Positions 8,885 through 16,766 of a DNA stretch of 64,000 bases are shown here, one piece after another (the stretch's first letter is position 1; every line of letters starts with the position of its first letter). Origin of the DNA: an uncultured Planctomycetales bacterium (GTDB lineage: Bacteria > Omnitrophota > Gorgyraeia > Zapsychrales > JAHFFX01); NCBI GenBank assembly GCA_964464475.1, contig CAYXGG010000005.1, positions 33,143 through 97,142 on the forward strand. The letters are read 5' to 3'. Position numbers and translations under genes: made by a program. Under the pieces are notes generated by a model. That model had not been told where the DNA came from, did no database searches, and saw only the letters and a program-made list of their open reading frames with translations.

Positions 8885-9832
8885 TCAATAAGTTTTCTTG
8901 TCATTCGAGGGAGCAGTAAAGAGGGCTGCTTCGAGAGAAGCGCTTTTGGCGAGGAATCGACTGGATAGTGATTTTAGAGATAGTCGAATTCGATGTAAGC
9001 GCTGCTCACTGACAAAAAATACGTACCAGGTCAGCATCTGAGTTGAGAAGAAAATCAGTTTCTCCATAAAAAGAACGACTAAGCCCTGAAACGAAATTCC
9101 AAAGAAGATTCCCACCGGCCGCAAATACCGAATGCAGAACAAAATTGGGGCTGCTATTTCAAAAGTTAACGCCAAATATTGCAGTAAACTCCAAACCCCC
9201 AAGGGCAAAATGTCGAGGCATTGGGCGGCCAAATCAGTCATATAAAGGCCCTGCACGTGGCTCCATAAAACGTTGGGATTCTTTAGCCAGTCTCCCCGAA
9301 AAGCTTTCGCGTATCCCGCAAAAAAATAATGAAGAATTAAGGTCATTTGGAAAATTCTGACCGGCCAGATGGCTTGAGGGCGGGGTTCGGTGGAATGGAA
9401 TGACCAATAGGCATCATGTTTGGTAAAGAGCATTAACGTCATGGAGAGAGCAAAGAATTTATTGAGCGTGTAGGCGCTAAAAACATCCACATGATTGATG
9501 TATAAAACGCATGCCCAAAGCAAGGGGCAGGTGATTCGGGTGTAAAGTCCTAATGTCCAGGCTATGAGGCTTCCAAAGAAAAGAAAGCCGAAAAACGGCA
9601 GCCAGTCCGGCGGGAGGGCGGGCCATACTGGAATAGCAAGCAGTGCTTTTCCAGAAATGTGAAAGCTTTGTGTTGTCAGCCACTCCGTACTGTTCTGCCA
9701 CCAGACAATAAAGTAACTGAACATTGCCAAGCCGCTCAGAACTCGGTAGGTACACAATGCTATGGGGTCATGCAGTGCGAAAAAGAATTTGTATAGACGC
9801 CGCGATTGGTGGATAAAGAATTTTAAAATCAT
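8885..9832 (-). CDS. HTTM-domain-like polytopic membrane protein. This is the third HTTM paralogue in the block.
   Basis: N-terminus FFALHDPIALCTYRVLSGLAMFSYFIVWWQN resembles the HTTM start (L/F-DP-x-x-L-x-x-F/Y-R-x-x-x-G-x-x-M). About 8 TM segments. It overlaps the upstream gene by 4 nt. Confidence 0.45.
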   Translation of the reverse strand: MILKFFIHQSRRLYKFFFALHDPIALCTYRVLSGLAMFSYFIVWWQNSTEWLTTQSFHISGKALLAIPVWPALPPDWLPFFGFLFFGSLIAWTLGLYTRITCPLLWACVLYINHVDVFSAYTLNKFFALSMTLMLFTKHDAYWSFHSTEPRPQAIWPVRIFQMTLILHYFFAGYAKAFRGDWLKNPNVLWSHVQGLYMTDLAAQCLDILPLGVWSLLQYLALTFEIAAPILFCIRYLRPVGIFFGISFQGLVVLFMEKLIFFSTQMLTWYVFFVSEQRLHRIRLSLKSLSSRFLAKSASLEAALFTAPSNDKKTY

Positions 9833-10368
9833 GATTTTGGGGGAGTAAGGTAAGAAGAAATATACAAAACGTAGTATTGCTCAGGATTAAATTTTTCTAT
9901 CGGTTCATTTTCCCAATGCTTTTTGAAGCCATTCATTTTAAGATTCCGGTTTATTTGTAAGAATCGGACCGCGATGGGCTGTGGAGCGCGCGGATTCTTT
10001 TGCCGATAATTTTCTTTTAACCAGAGGGCCAGTTCAAAATGGGCGCGTTTATTGCCGCGATTGTTAAAAATCTCAAAATAGCGATTAAGACGATTGCGAT
10101 ATCCGAAAGGCCGCATTTTAAAATCTTCCTGTTGGTTATAGGTTATCCAGGGGCCATCAGGGAGGAATTGAAACTGGATAAAATACTGCGGCCAGGAACC
10201 AACTGAGTTGGTAAAAAGCGCAGAGCAGTTGTAGAGATTATTCAGGATAGGTGGCGAGTGAGGAAAAAATTTCCCGGTTAGTCCCATATAGGAGAAGGGA
10301 ATGACCCAAACAAATAAAAAAAGCGCGCAGCCAAAATAGTCCAGCTTGCTAGGCGAGGGCGTTTTCAT
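9829..10368 (-). CDS. Hypothetical N-terminally anchored protein, co-transcribed with the HTTM-like gene
   Basis: 179-aa ORF with an N-terminal TM helix, FGCALFLFVWVIPFSYMGL. No known motif. Translationally coupled to 8885-9832. Confidence 0.4.
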   Translation of the reverse strand: MKTPSPSKLDYFGCALFLFVWVIPFSYMGLTGKFFPHSPPILNNLYNCSALFTNSVGSWPQYFIQFQFLPDGPWITYNQQEDFKMRPFGYRNRLNRYFEIFNNRGNKRAHFELALWLKENYRQKNPRAPQPIAVRFLQINRNLKMNGFKKHWENEPIEKFNPEQYYVLYISSYLTPPKS

Positions 10369-10482
10369 GGAAAATTGTTAAAGGTCACTACGTGTCATCG
10401 ATTTTTGGTCGATAACCATAACTTTGGATGAGCGTAATCGGCGGTAATGATGGTTATAAAAATAATGAGCGGTGCTTATAAT

Positions 10483-11130
10483 CTATGGTCCGTAGGTAAT
10501 GAAATTCCAAGAGGCCGTTCCGGAGCCATCAGAAGTAAGAACTTTTCCTGAGGCTGGAGCGCCTCCACGAATACTGATTTGTCCATTTACGTCCAGTTTG
10601 GTGGCCGGATTCGTAGAGCCAATACCGACGTTACCGGTAGTAATTATCGTGTCGCCTCTTAATGTCGATGTCCCATTAACATCTAGTTTGGTGGCCGGGT
10701 TCGTAGATCCGATCCCAACGTTACCGGTGACAAGGGCATTGCTGCGAATATTGGCAGAGCCATTCACATCTAATTTGGCTCCAGGAGTAACGGTTCCAAT
10801 CGCCACATTCCAAGCCGTATTGTTAGGGTAAAGGTCGGTCCCGGATTGGGTCCAGGCGGAGGACAAGGTGCTGCCTGTCCAGGAGCTGGTGCTTCCACAA
10901 ACTTCTATCTGATAATTATCATTGCGAACATAAAATGTTCCCGGAGTGCAGGCGCCGGATTTTGCGGCTTGAGGAACCAGCAGCAATTCACTATAAGCGC
11001 CAATAGGGGAAGGATAATATGTCGTAAGCGATAATGTTTCTGCGGAAGCTTTAAAGCAATACCCTAAGGTGAAGACGATAACGCCGATAGTGATAATGTG
11101 GTTGGAAGAATTTCTCCTGAAGTGATCCAT
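10483..11130 (-). CDS. Secreted protein with tail-fibre-like beta-repeats (NVGIGSTNPATKLDVNG, three copies)
   Basis: Signal peptide MDHFRRNSSNHIITIGVIVFTLGYCFKASA from the ATG at 11130. Repeated G-N-V-G-I-G-S-T-N-P-x-x-K-L-D-V-N-G units as seen in phage tail-fibre and collar proteins. The longer ORF, open to 11265, overlaps the upstream gene. Confidence 0.55.
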   Translation of the reverse strand: MDHFRRNSSNHIITIGVIVFTLGYCFKASAETLSLTTYYPSPIGAYSELLLVPQAAKSGACTPGTFYVRNDNYQIEVCGSTSSWTGSTLSSAWTQSGTDLYPNNTAWNVAIGTVTPGAKLDVNGSANIRSNALVTGNVGIGSTNPATKLDVNGTSTLRGDTIITTGNVGIGSTNPATKLDVNGQISIRGGAPASGKVLTSDGSGTASWNFITYGP

Positions 11131-11255
11131 GAAAGGTTCAAAAGTATTTCTTAACATAGATTTAGTATATTTTATTTTTGCTGATAGAGCAACTAACCAG
11201 TTTAAAAATGAGAAATATTTGAAATAAGGCATTGCTTGTTGCTCCCCAAAAGGTT

Positions 11256-13670
11256 TTATAGGCATGGTGGATTGAGGGCTCCATAAGAATTACAGGCGCA
11301 TTCGGGTGGATCTGAGGGCCCTCCGGTGCAACTACCACTATTCCAACTGATGCATCCATAGACACAAGCAGGAAGTGCTTCGTCCACCTCATCGACTTCA
11401 TCAACGGGAGGTGTGACTGTTGGTGGCGTTACGGTCGGCGGCGATACCGTGGGTGGTGTGATCGTTGGCAACCCTTCATCTACCTCATCGACTTCATCAA
11501 CGGGAGGTGTGACTGTTGGTGGCGTTACGGTCGGCGGCGATACCGTGGGTGGTGTGACGGTAGGCGCTCCTTCGTCCACCTCGTCGACCTCATCAACGGG
11601 AGGTGTGACCGTTGGTGGCGTTACGGTCGGCGGCGATACCGTAGGTGGTGTGACGGTAGGCGCTCCTTCGTCCACCTCGTCGACCTCATCAACGGGAGGT
11701 GTGACCGTTGGTGGCGTTACGGTCGGCGGCGATACCGTAGGTGGTGTGACGGTAGGCGCTCCTTCGTCCACCTCATCAACGGCCACGCCGTTACATTCAA
11801 TACAGATTGAACAGACAGGTGTAATGCAGGCCCCGCCCATTTGGCACATAAATCCTCCCGGGTCAATAGAGCAAAAAGGGTTGGGAGAACCGTCACTAAT
11901 GACATTGTTATAAGTTTTGCAGCCTCCTTGAGAACTGCAGTCTAAGGAGGAAGGGCATCCTGTTCCGCAACTCGCGCTAGGTGATGGTGCCGCAACGGTT
12001 GGGGGCGTGACTGTTGGGGGCGTGGCTGTTGGGGGTGTCACGGTCGGTGGTGTTACTGTTGGAGGTGGAGTTACGGTTGGGGGGGTCACTGTGGGAAAGC
12101 AATTACCGCAATCTTCAGGTGCAGTATTGCAATCCTCGCCTCCTCCACAACATCCATCTCCCGGTGTTGAACTCGAGCAATCCGCTGGACAATTACAAAC
12201 ATTTTCGCCAACTTGACAGGTTCCATTAGGACAAGAGGTTCCTGATTGACAGCAATTGGATACAGGATAAAACCAAGTTCCTCCGATACAAATGGCCGAA
12301 CAGGCGGAGGTTCCATTAGAGGTAGTACCACTGGGACAACCGAGTACTTGAGGAAAACACATATCTGCCCCGCACCCAGGCATTTGAGCGGAATCCGCAG
12401 TACAGTCTTGTAGACAGTTTGAACAATCTTCCCCCGCACCACAAGTACCGTCGCCACAGTTTACTCCGCAGGCCGGCATGGGGCAGGCCTGGCTTGAGGG
12501 GCCGGCGCAATCGGTGCCTCCGCAGGCGGGCGTGGGATTGGTGCACGTACGTGTCTGAATACCGTCCTGGCCACATAATCCCGTACAAGTACTCCAAGCG
12601 CTCCAGCCTCCATTAACCGCAGGGGTACAGCAGTCTCCTGGACAGCTGACGGCATTTTCCGAAGCGCAGCAATAACCGTCGCCGCAGTTAGGGCAGCCAC
12701 TCACGCAAGTAACACTAGGATTGAAAGGATTGGGCGGAGAACAGGTTCCAGAGCATCCAAATAAAGCGCAAGAGACACAGGAACAGGTCGAATAATCCAA
12801 AAATGATCCATTCGGACAAGAATTTGTACAATAACAGGATGGACCAAAAGGCGTATCATTACACCCGGTTTGGGGTGCCGGACACGTATGTAAGGTGCAG
12901 GTTGTTGAGGGACAAAGAGTTGGCGGACAGTTTGCGAGATTACAAACAGTTATGTTGTTGCCCGGGCAATCGGTCGGCGCATTAGTGCAGTTTTCGCATG
13001 GAGTGTCACAAAAACCATCACCAACATTTAGTGAGCAAGAGCAATCTGCTGGGCAGGTGGCTACTGTTTCCCCCTGAGCGGTATCGCAGAACCCATCGTT
13101 ACATTGGGTCCCACAGTCTTGCGGGCACGTCGCTGAACTTTCAGTCGCTGAACAAAAACCATCACCGCAAGGACTACTACAATCTCCGGGGCAGGAAGCT
13201 GCTGTTTCGCTTCCGTTGCAAACACCATCACCACAGCACATGGCATTTTCCAGATTGACTCTAAGTTCGTTGAGATGGATCGCTTTTACGCGCGTGGAAC
13301 TGGCAGTGATGTTGCTGTCGGTATAGCTGGGATTAGGTCGACCCAGAGGAGCATAAAAATTGTTAATTGCCGTGCGAAGTTCGTCGATATGAATTTTGCG
13401 GATTTGGGTAACGCCGGCAGTGATGGTTTCAGACCAGGGATAAGCGCTTCCTCCGCACGCCGTTCTTTTGGCATCAATTTGAGCCCGAAGCTCAACGATG
13501 TGTGAGGCCCGAATGCTGGTTGACGTGGTAATATTCTCGCTCCAGGATATGGTGTAGCTGGCGGACTGAGCGTATGAATTTTGATTTAACGACAAAAAGA
13601 AGAAAAGGGTGATGGAAAAGAATAGCGTGGTTAAGTTTTTAAGAATCGGCAGCTGTCGGCAATAATCCAT
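11256..13670 (-). CDS. Giant secreted Cys-rich modular protein. It contains a thrombospondin type-1 repeat, GDGxC...CPxDC cysteine repeats, Pro/Thr linkers and C-terminal Asp/Glu-rich tandem repeats.
   Basis: 804 aa. Signal peptide MDYCRQLPILKNLTTLFFSITLFFFLSLNQNSYAQS. WSAWSTCTGLCGQDGIQTRTCT is a TSP1 consensus. More than 100 cysteines. Four copies of VDEVDEVDEG-APTVTPPTVSPPTVTPPTVTPP at the C-terminus. Confidence 0.75.
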   Translation of the reverse strand: MDYCRQLPILKNLTTLFFSITLFFFLSLNQNSYAQSASYTISWSENITTSTSIRASHIVELRAQIDAKRTACGGSAYPWSETITAGVTQIRKIHIDELRTAINNFYAPLGRPNPSYTDSNITASSTRVKAIHLNELRVNLENAMCCGDGVCNGSETAASCPGDCSSPCGDGFCSATESSATCPQDCGTQCNDGFCDTAQGETVATCPADCSCSLNVGDGFCDTPCENCTNAPTDCPGNNITVCNLANCPPTLCPSTTCTLHTCPAPQTGCNDTPFGPSCYCTNSCPNGSFLDYSTCSCVSCALFGCSGTCSPPNPFNPSVTCVSGCPNCGDGYCCASENAVSCPGDCCTPAVNGGWSAWSTCTGLCGQDGIQTRTCTNPTPACGGTDCAGPSSQACPMPACGVNCGDGTCGAGEDCSNCLQDCTADSAQMPGCGADMCFPQVLGCPSGTTSNGTSACSAICIGGTWFYPVSNCCQSGTSCPNGTCQVGENVCNCPADCSSSTPGDGCCGGGEDCNTAPEDCGNCFPTVTPPTVTPPPTVTPPTVTPPTATPPTVTPPTVAAPSPSASCGTGCPSSLDCSSQGGCKTYNNVISDGSPNPFCSIDPGGFMCQMGGACITPVCSICIECNGVAVDEVDEGAPTVTPPTVSPPTVTPPTVTPPVDEVDEVDEGAPTVTPPTVSPPTVTPPTVTPPVDEVDEVDEGAPTVTPPTVSPPTVTPPTVTPPVDEVDEVDEGLPTITPPTVSPPTVTPPTVTPPVDEVDEVDEALPACVYGCISWNSGSCTGGPSDPPECACNSYGALNPPCL
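11380..11790. repeat. 96-bp tandem repeat array of about 4.3 copies inside the giant Cys-rich gene
   Basis: The string 'cctcatcgacttcatcaacgggaggtgtgac...' recurs at 11387, 11483, 11579 and about 11675, with a 96-bp period. It encodes the VDEVDEVDEG...TPP protein repeats. Confidence 0.85.
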
Positions 13671-13819
13671 TCAGCCCCCCCAGGCGAGATGATTAGTGTT
13701 GCCAAATTTGAGTATAGATAACTTAATCCAATGGTTCAATTAAGAATTTATTTTTTGAGCAAGCGTTTTCAATCGTTTGAATTCTTTGTTTTGAATAAAT
13801 TGTATGCTTATCGGTGCCC

Positions 13820-16762
13820 TCATTGATGAAAATCAATAGTGGAGAAAATTTGAATACGGGTTTGCGCGTCCTTCCAGCAATCGTTGGGCAGCTTAGCTTT
13901 TTCGCTACACAACCGAGATAGAAAAGTTTCTTTATCCGGGATTTTAGACCAAACACTCGGTAAAAATATTCCTCGGTTTTTTCCTTTGCTGACAATAACG
14001 CCATGCCGGCGCGGTTGAATGATGGCCACATCAGAAATAACGCGAGGCGGGGTCAGAACGGAAATCTTGATTTTGCTTTTTTGAAATTCTTCTTTGGTTA
14101 AAGGAGGAAAGCGAGGGTCTTGGAAGGCGGATTCCCGGGCCATGACGGTTATTTCTTGCCAGAGGCTGCGGGTGGGGGTGGTGCTCCCTCGGCATCCGCG
14201 CAGACGACCTTCTAATTCAATCGTGACAAAAGCGCTGGCCGGCAGGTTTAAATAAGCGCTATGAGACAATGCGGCTGGGTCCAGCGGTTGATTGTCGAAT
14301 TGTTCGGTAATGGATTGGGCGGCTTGCTTAAGGAGCATTTGTTGTAATTCCGGATCATGCAGATAGCTTACGGGTTCGGGGCTCGGCGCGTCCTCTTTGA
14401 GGAAAGCGAGGGCCGCGTAGCCAACAACGCGGTTAATGTCTCCGGATGGGGCGTCTCCGGAGTTCGCGTAAGCCAGCGGGGTGACGTTAGTCGCTCCCAG
14501 TAGTTTGGCCGCGATAATTCCTGTTTGGACCGCGCCTTGGCCGCAAAGCGGGGTTTTAAGTTTATTCGCAAATTGTTTTTTTAAGAACGTGACGGTTTGA
14601 TTGACCAGACCTGCATCCATTTGTTGAATGGCGGATAGGGTGATGGGATCAATGCGCAATGCGGAGGCTTGATCCGGATAGTGAGCTAGGTCTGTTGAGA
14701 TAATAATGAGCGCGTTGTGCTTCTTGGCGACTTGGGCGATGGATTCCGCCATGAGCCGGCAAGTTTTAACATCGTCGGTACTGATCAGTAGTGGAACAAT
14801 TTTGAAATTGCTGAAACGGCGTTGCAGAAAAGGGAGTTGGGCTTCTAGCGAATGTTCTTGTTGGTGAGGCAGTGCTGAATCAACGAAAAGGGGGTTGCTG
14901 GTCAACAGTTCCTGGACGACGTCTTCGTTAACTGGGACTTTTCCTAAAGGGGTTTCAAAAAAACCCTTGGCCCAAAGCGCGCCGCCTTTAACGGGTACGC
15001 GATGAGCGGGTCCAATGAGGATAAAGGTGAGCGTGTCATTGTTCAGTTGGTGATAGCCATTGGCTGCTACTCCTCCTGAATATTGGTAAGCCGCGTGGGG
15101 AACCAGCAGCGCGACGATACTTCCGGGGAGCGTTTTTGAGGTCGACGCGTTGAGCAGTTGATCGACGGTGGAAGAAAGCGTTGCGGGGTCTCCGGGATAA
15201 AATTTATCAGCCACGGCGGCCGCTCGGATCCCGCCGCTGGGCACGATGGCTTTTGAGCTTGCAGAAGAATTGGGCTGAGAGGTTTTTTGTTTATGAGTCT
15301 TAGTGTTCTTGACGCAGGAATGTTTTAGCATTACGCGCTTGGTGTATTCCGCGACTTGTCCAGGCGGGGGGGTTTTCTTGGCCATAAAAATTAATTCCAG
15401 CGATTGCAGTCGCTGAGGTCCGGAATGGGTCGCATTCCAAGTGCGGCACAAATACTCTCCGTAATAGGGCCAGTAGTTTTTGTTTTTTCCGTAAGTATGG
15501 TTAAACAGGTAACGTCGCCAACGTTCGCTGGGGAACATCTGAGATGCGGATGGCTTAGTCCAGTCTAATTTCTTTCCGTCGCGGAATAAATCAACGGTGT
15601 TTCCATCGGCCAATTTGCCGGGAACCAGGAACCAGCCATTCGTCATGGCTGGCGGCGCGAACATGCGCCACGCCTGATTGATGTGTAAAAGATCGCAAAT
15701 GTTTTTTAATGGAGCCGGCATGCGATAGGTTTTTTGGGTAATTCGTTCGTAATTATAAAGCAGTACGCAGACCAGTGTCAGCGCCGCGGTCAAATTGGCC
15801 GCGGGGGAAGCGTGAATAGTCATGAACTTTCTGGGTAGACGTTCATAAATATGGCTGCCGGTTATGGCTGTGGTCACACGATCCCAGAGTTTAAGGCCCC
15901 CTATTTTGTCCCAGAATTCTTTGGGTAGAAAGAGAAGCAGGGCGGTGCTGCTAACCCAGGGAAACAACATTAAATGCAGGCAAAGATAAAAGCCCAAGTG
16001 CATCAATAGGAATCCAGCCACCAAAGGCGTCCGAATGTAGGCAGTTGCCCAGGGTAAAAAGAGAAGAATCGGCGCGATTAATTCAAACCAAAGCGTGGCG
16101 TGAGTGATAAAAGACAGCAAGTCAGGAAATTGTAAAAGCGTTAGCGCGAAATTTTTGGCGTAATTATCAATATTAAGTGCGTAATAAACCGCCGTGCCGT
16201 CTTGCCACATGGGCAGAGGCCACTTGTGAAGGGCGGCCATGAAATAGCCAACGGCGTTTTGAATCAACATGGCCGCCGTTCCGACGCTGAATATTTGTAT
16301 CGGAATTTCGTTTTTGTTTAAAGCGCGACTGCTATCAACAGAGAATTTGGCGCCCAACGGCAAAAATAGGCTCCAAAAAAGTAAGAGACGAAAATAATCG
16401 TCTCCGCCGCCCATAATCATCGGATTGCGACGGTGTAATGAAATCAGCAAGAGGTAGGAGAAGAAGGTCATCCAGCGAGTTTGGTACCCAAACATCAAAC
16501 CTAGCGCGCACAGTGCCTGCAAGCCCAGCAGTACGTATTGAACTTGCGGTGTTCCGTTCAACAGGTGAATTGATAGGGCCCAGGGACTGGGAGGTTGTTG
16601 AATGACAGCCATGCGGGGTAAGAGTCCTTCATCAGAGAAGTAAAGCGATACGTCCGGTAGATAATTAATCACATCGATTAAAATAATGAGTCCGATGCCG
16701 ATTCTAAAAATAGCTAGCGCGCGCGTATCAATGCCGAATAAATTTCTGAGTTTATTCATCAA
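13820..16762 (-). CDS. Tri-domain fusion. An N-terminal HTTM domain (vitamin-K-dependent gamma-carboxylase-like, with a VKGC-like C-terminal soluble region) is followed by a Memo-like domain (AmmeMemoRadiSam system protein B) and an AMMECR1 domain (AmmeMemoRadiSam system protein A).
   Basis: HTTM: FRIGIGLIILIDVINYLPDVSLYFSD...HRRNPMIMGGGDDYFRLLLFW. Memo: ALLVPHAAYQYSGGVAANGY, FILIGPAHR, QEHSLEAQLPFL, IISTDLAHYP, LCGQGAVQ, VVGYAALAF. AMMECR1: EGRLRGCRGS...QDPRFPPLTKEEF...HGVIVSKGKNRGIFLPSVW. 980 aa. Confidence 0.8.
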   Translation of the reverse strand: MMNKLRNLFGIDTRALAIFRIGIGLIILIDVINYLPDVSLYFSDEGLLPRMAVIQQPPSPWALSIHLLNGTPQVQYVLLGLQALCALGLMFGYQTRWMTFFSYLLLISLHRRNPMIMGGGDDYFRLLLFWSLFLPLGAKFSVDSSRALNKNEIPIQIFSVGTAAMLIQNAVGYFMAALHKWPLPMWQDGTAVYYALNIDNYAKNFALTLLQFPDLLSFITHATLWFELIAPILLFLPWATAYIRTPLVAGFLLMHLGFYLCLHLMLFPWVSSTALLLFLPKEFWDKIGGLKLWDRVTTAITGSHIYERLPRKFMTIHASPAANLTAALTLVCVLLYNYERITQKTYRMPAPLKNICDLLHINQAWRMFAPPAMTNGWFLVPGKLADGNTVDLFRDGKKLDWTKPSASQMFPSERWRRYLFNHTYGKNKNYWPYYGEYLCRTWNATHSGPQRLQSLELIFMAKKTPPPGQVAEYTKRVMLKHSCVKNTKTHKQKTSQPNSSASSKAIVPSGGIRAAAVADKFYPGDPATLSSTVDQLLNASTSKTLPGSIVALLVPHAAYQYSGGVAANGYHQLNNDTLTFILIGPAHRVPVKGGALWAKGFFETPLGKVPVNEDVVQELLTSNPLFVDSALPHQQEHSLEAQLPFLQRRFSNFKIVPLLISTDDVKTCRLMAESIAQVAKKHNALIIISTDLAHYPDQASALRIDPITLSAIQQMDAGLVNQTVTFLKKQFANKLKTPLCGQGAVQTGIIAAKLLGATNVTPLAYANSGDAPSGDINRVVGYAALAFLKEDAPSPEPVSYLHDPELQQMLLKQAAQSITEQFDNQPLDPAALSHSAYLNLPASAFVTIELEGRLRGCRGSTTPTRSLWQEITVMARESAFQDPRFPPLTKEEFQKSKIKISVLTPPRVISDVAIIQPRRHGVIVSKGKNRGIFLPSVWSKIPDKETFLSRLCSEKAKLPNDCWKDAQTRIQIFSTIDFHQ

Positions 16763-16766
16763 GGGT

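Noticed and set aside
11380-11790. Possible CRISPR array, because of the regular 96-bp repeats
   Set aside because: The units are contiguous with no unique spacers, the period equals 32 codons, the array is in-frame inside a long ORF, and no cas genes are present.
11413-12229. Plus-strand ORFs rich in 'VGGVTVGG' (11413-11913, 12007-12216, 12014-12229), and many other ORFs overlapping 11256-13670
   Set aside because: They are antisense or frame-shifted readings of the GC-rich repeat region of the 804-aa Cys-rich gene. The periodic composition is inherited from the coding repeats.
13723-14031. 102-aa ORF overlapping the 3' end of the HTTM-Memo-AMMECR1 gene
   Set aside because: It lies entirely within, or antisense-adjacent to, the strongly supported AMMECR1 coding region. 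It has no motif support.
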